DNA of 64,000 nucleotides from Saccostrea cucullata (taxonomy: Eukaryota): the NCBI RefSeq assembly GCF_032062105.1, contig NW_026937242.1, positions 1 through 64,000 on the forward strand, given 5' to 3'. Position 1 is the first letter of the stretch. Each line of letters opens with the position of its first letter. Shown in pieces: positions 63,531 to 64,000 of this stretch. The position numbers and the translations under genes were made by a program. Under the pieces are notes generated by a model. It was not told the origin of the DNA and ran no database searches. It saw only the letters and a program-made list of their open reading frames with translations.

Positions 63531-64000
63531 ATACAGTTCACTAATTGTTTTCCCATAGGCGACAATGTTAACTTTTCTTCTTGAAGCGATGTGCCTAATT
63601 TTCGTTCAGCAGGAGTGGCCCCTCAAATCAAAACACATCAAGTTGTCATTCCTTGGTAAAATCTCGAGGTGGCATGTAAGATATCTTTTCCGGCAAAATG
63701 CGTCTGTCTGCGGGAACCTCTAAAAATGAAAGTGAAAGTAAGGGAATTTGAGAGTCCTCACTAGCGTTTTACGACACAAAATAATTCGGCTGATCATATT
63801 GATAAATTACATTTGCTTTTTTGGTAGGAAAAATACTCCCTATCAACAAGTTGAGGCTCAGCTGAGTACATCTGCATAATTTTTTTATGCAAGTCTGTAA
63901 ATTAATAATGATAATAATTTTTATTCAGGTAAAGGCATTCTGCAATTTACATGAACATTGAGTTGTGCCTGAGTATTAAACACAATATAAAAACTATAAA

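Overview
AT-rich, intron- and repeat-rich animal genomic DNA, most consistent with an oyster or other bivalve (inferred from the repeat families, not proven). Host genes are (i) the last nine exons of a VPS13A/C-like gene (+, 1-5245), (ii) a spliced Cys-rich type I membrane-protein gene (+, ~44.5-47.9 kb) and (iii) a decayed, unidentified multi-exon gene on the minus strand (~23.2-28.6 kb). Most of the rest is nested mobile DNA. Retroelements: a 5'-truncated Penelope-like (Naiad-type) RT with several solo 3' ends, RTEX/CR1/Tx1 LINE fragments, Deu/Nin-type tRNA SINEs and a degenerate DIRS element. DNA elements: Helentron-type HINEs, IS3EU-, Sola-, EnSpm-, Harbinger-, P/hAT-, Tc1- and piggyBac-like elements, and long-hairpin elements with GCGAAGC-type loops. 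The window also holds a 4-kb ~170-bp satellite with a 5-mer higher-order repeat and a 5.4-kb tandem duplication. The strongest leads are a putative pseudoknot at the Naiad 3' end, hairpin elements with a third co-varying repeat, a duplication whose internal deletion stops exactly at a piggyBac-like end, a 28-bp P-like excision footprint and strong TACATGTA enrichment. No CRISPR, rRNA or genuine tRNA genes were seen. All family assignments are by eye and need database confirmation.
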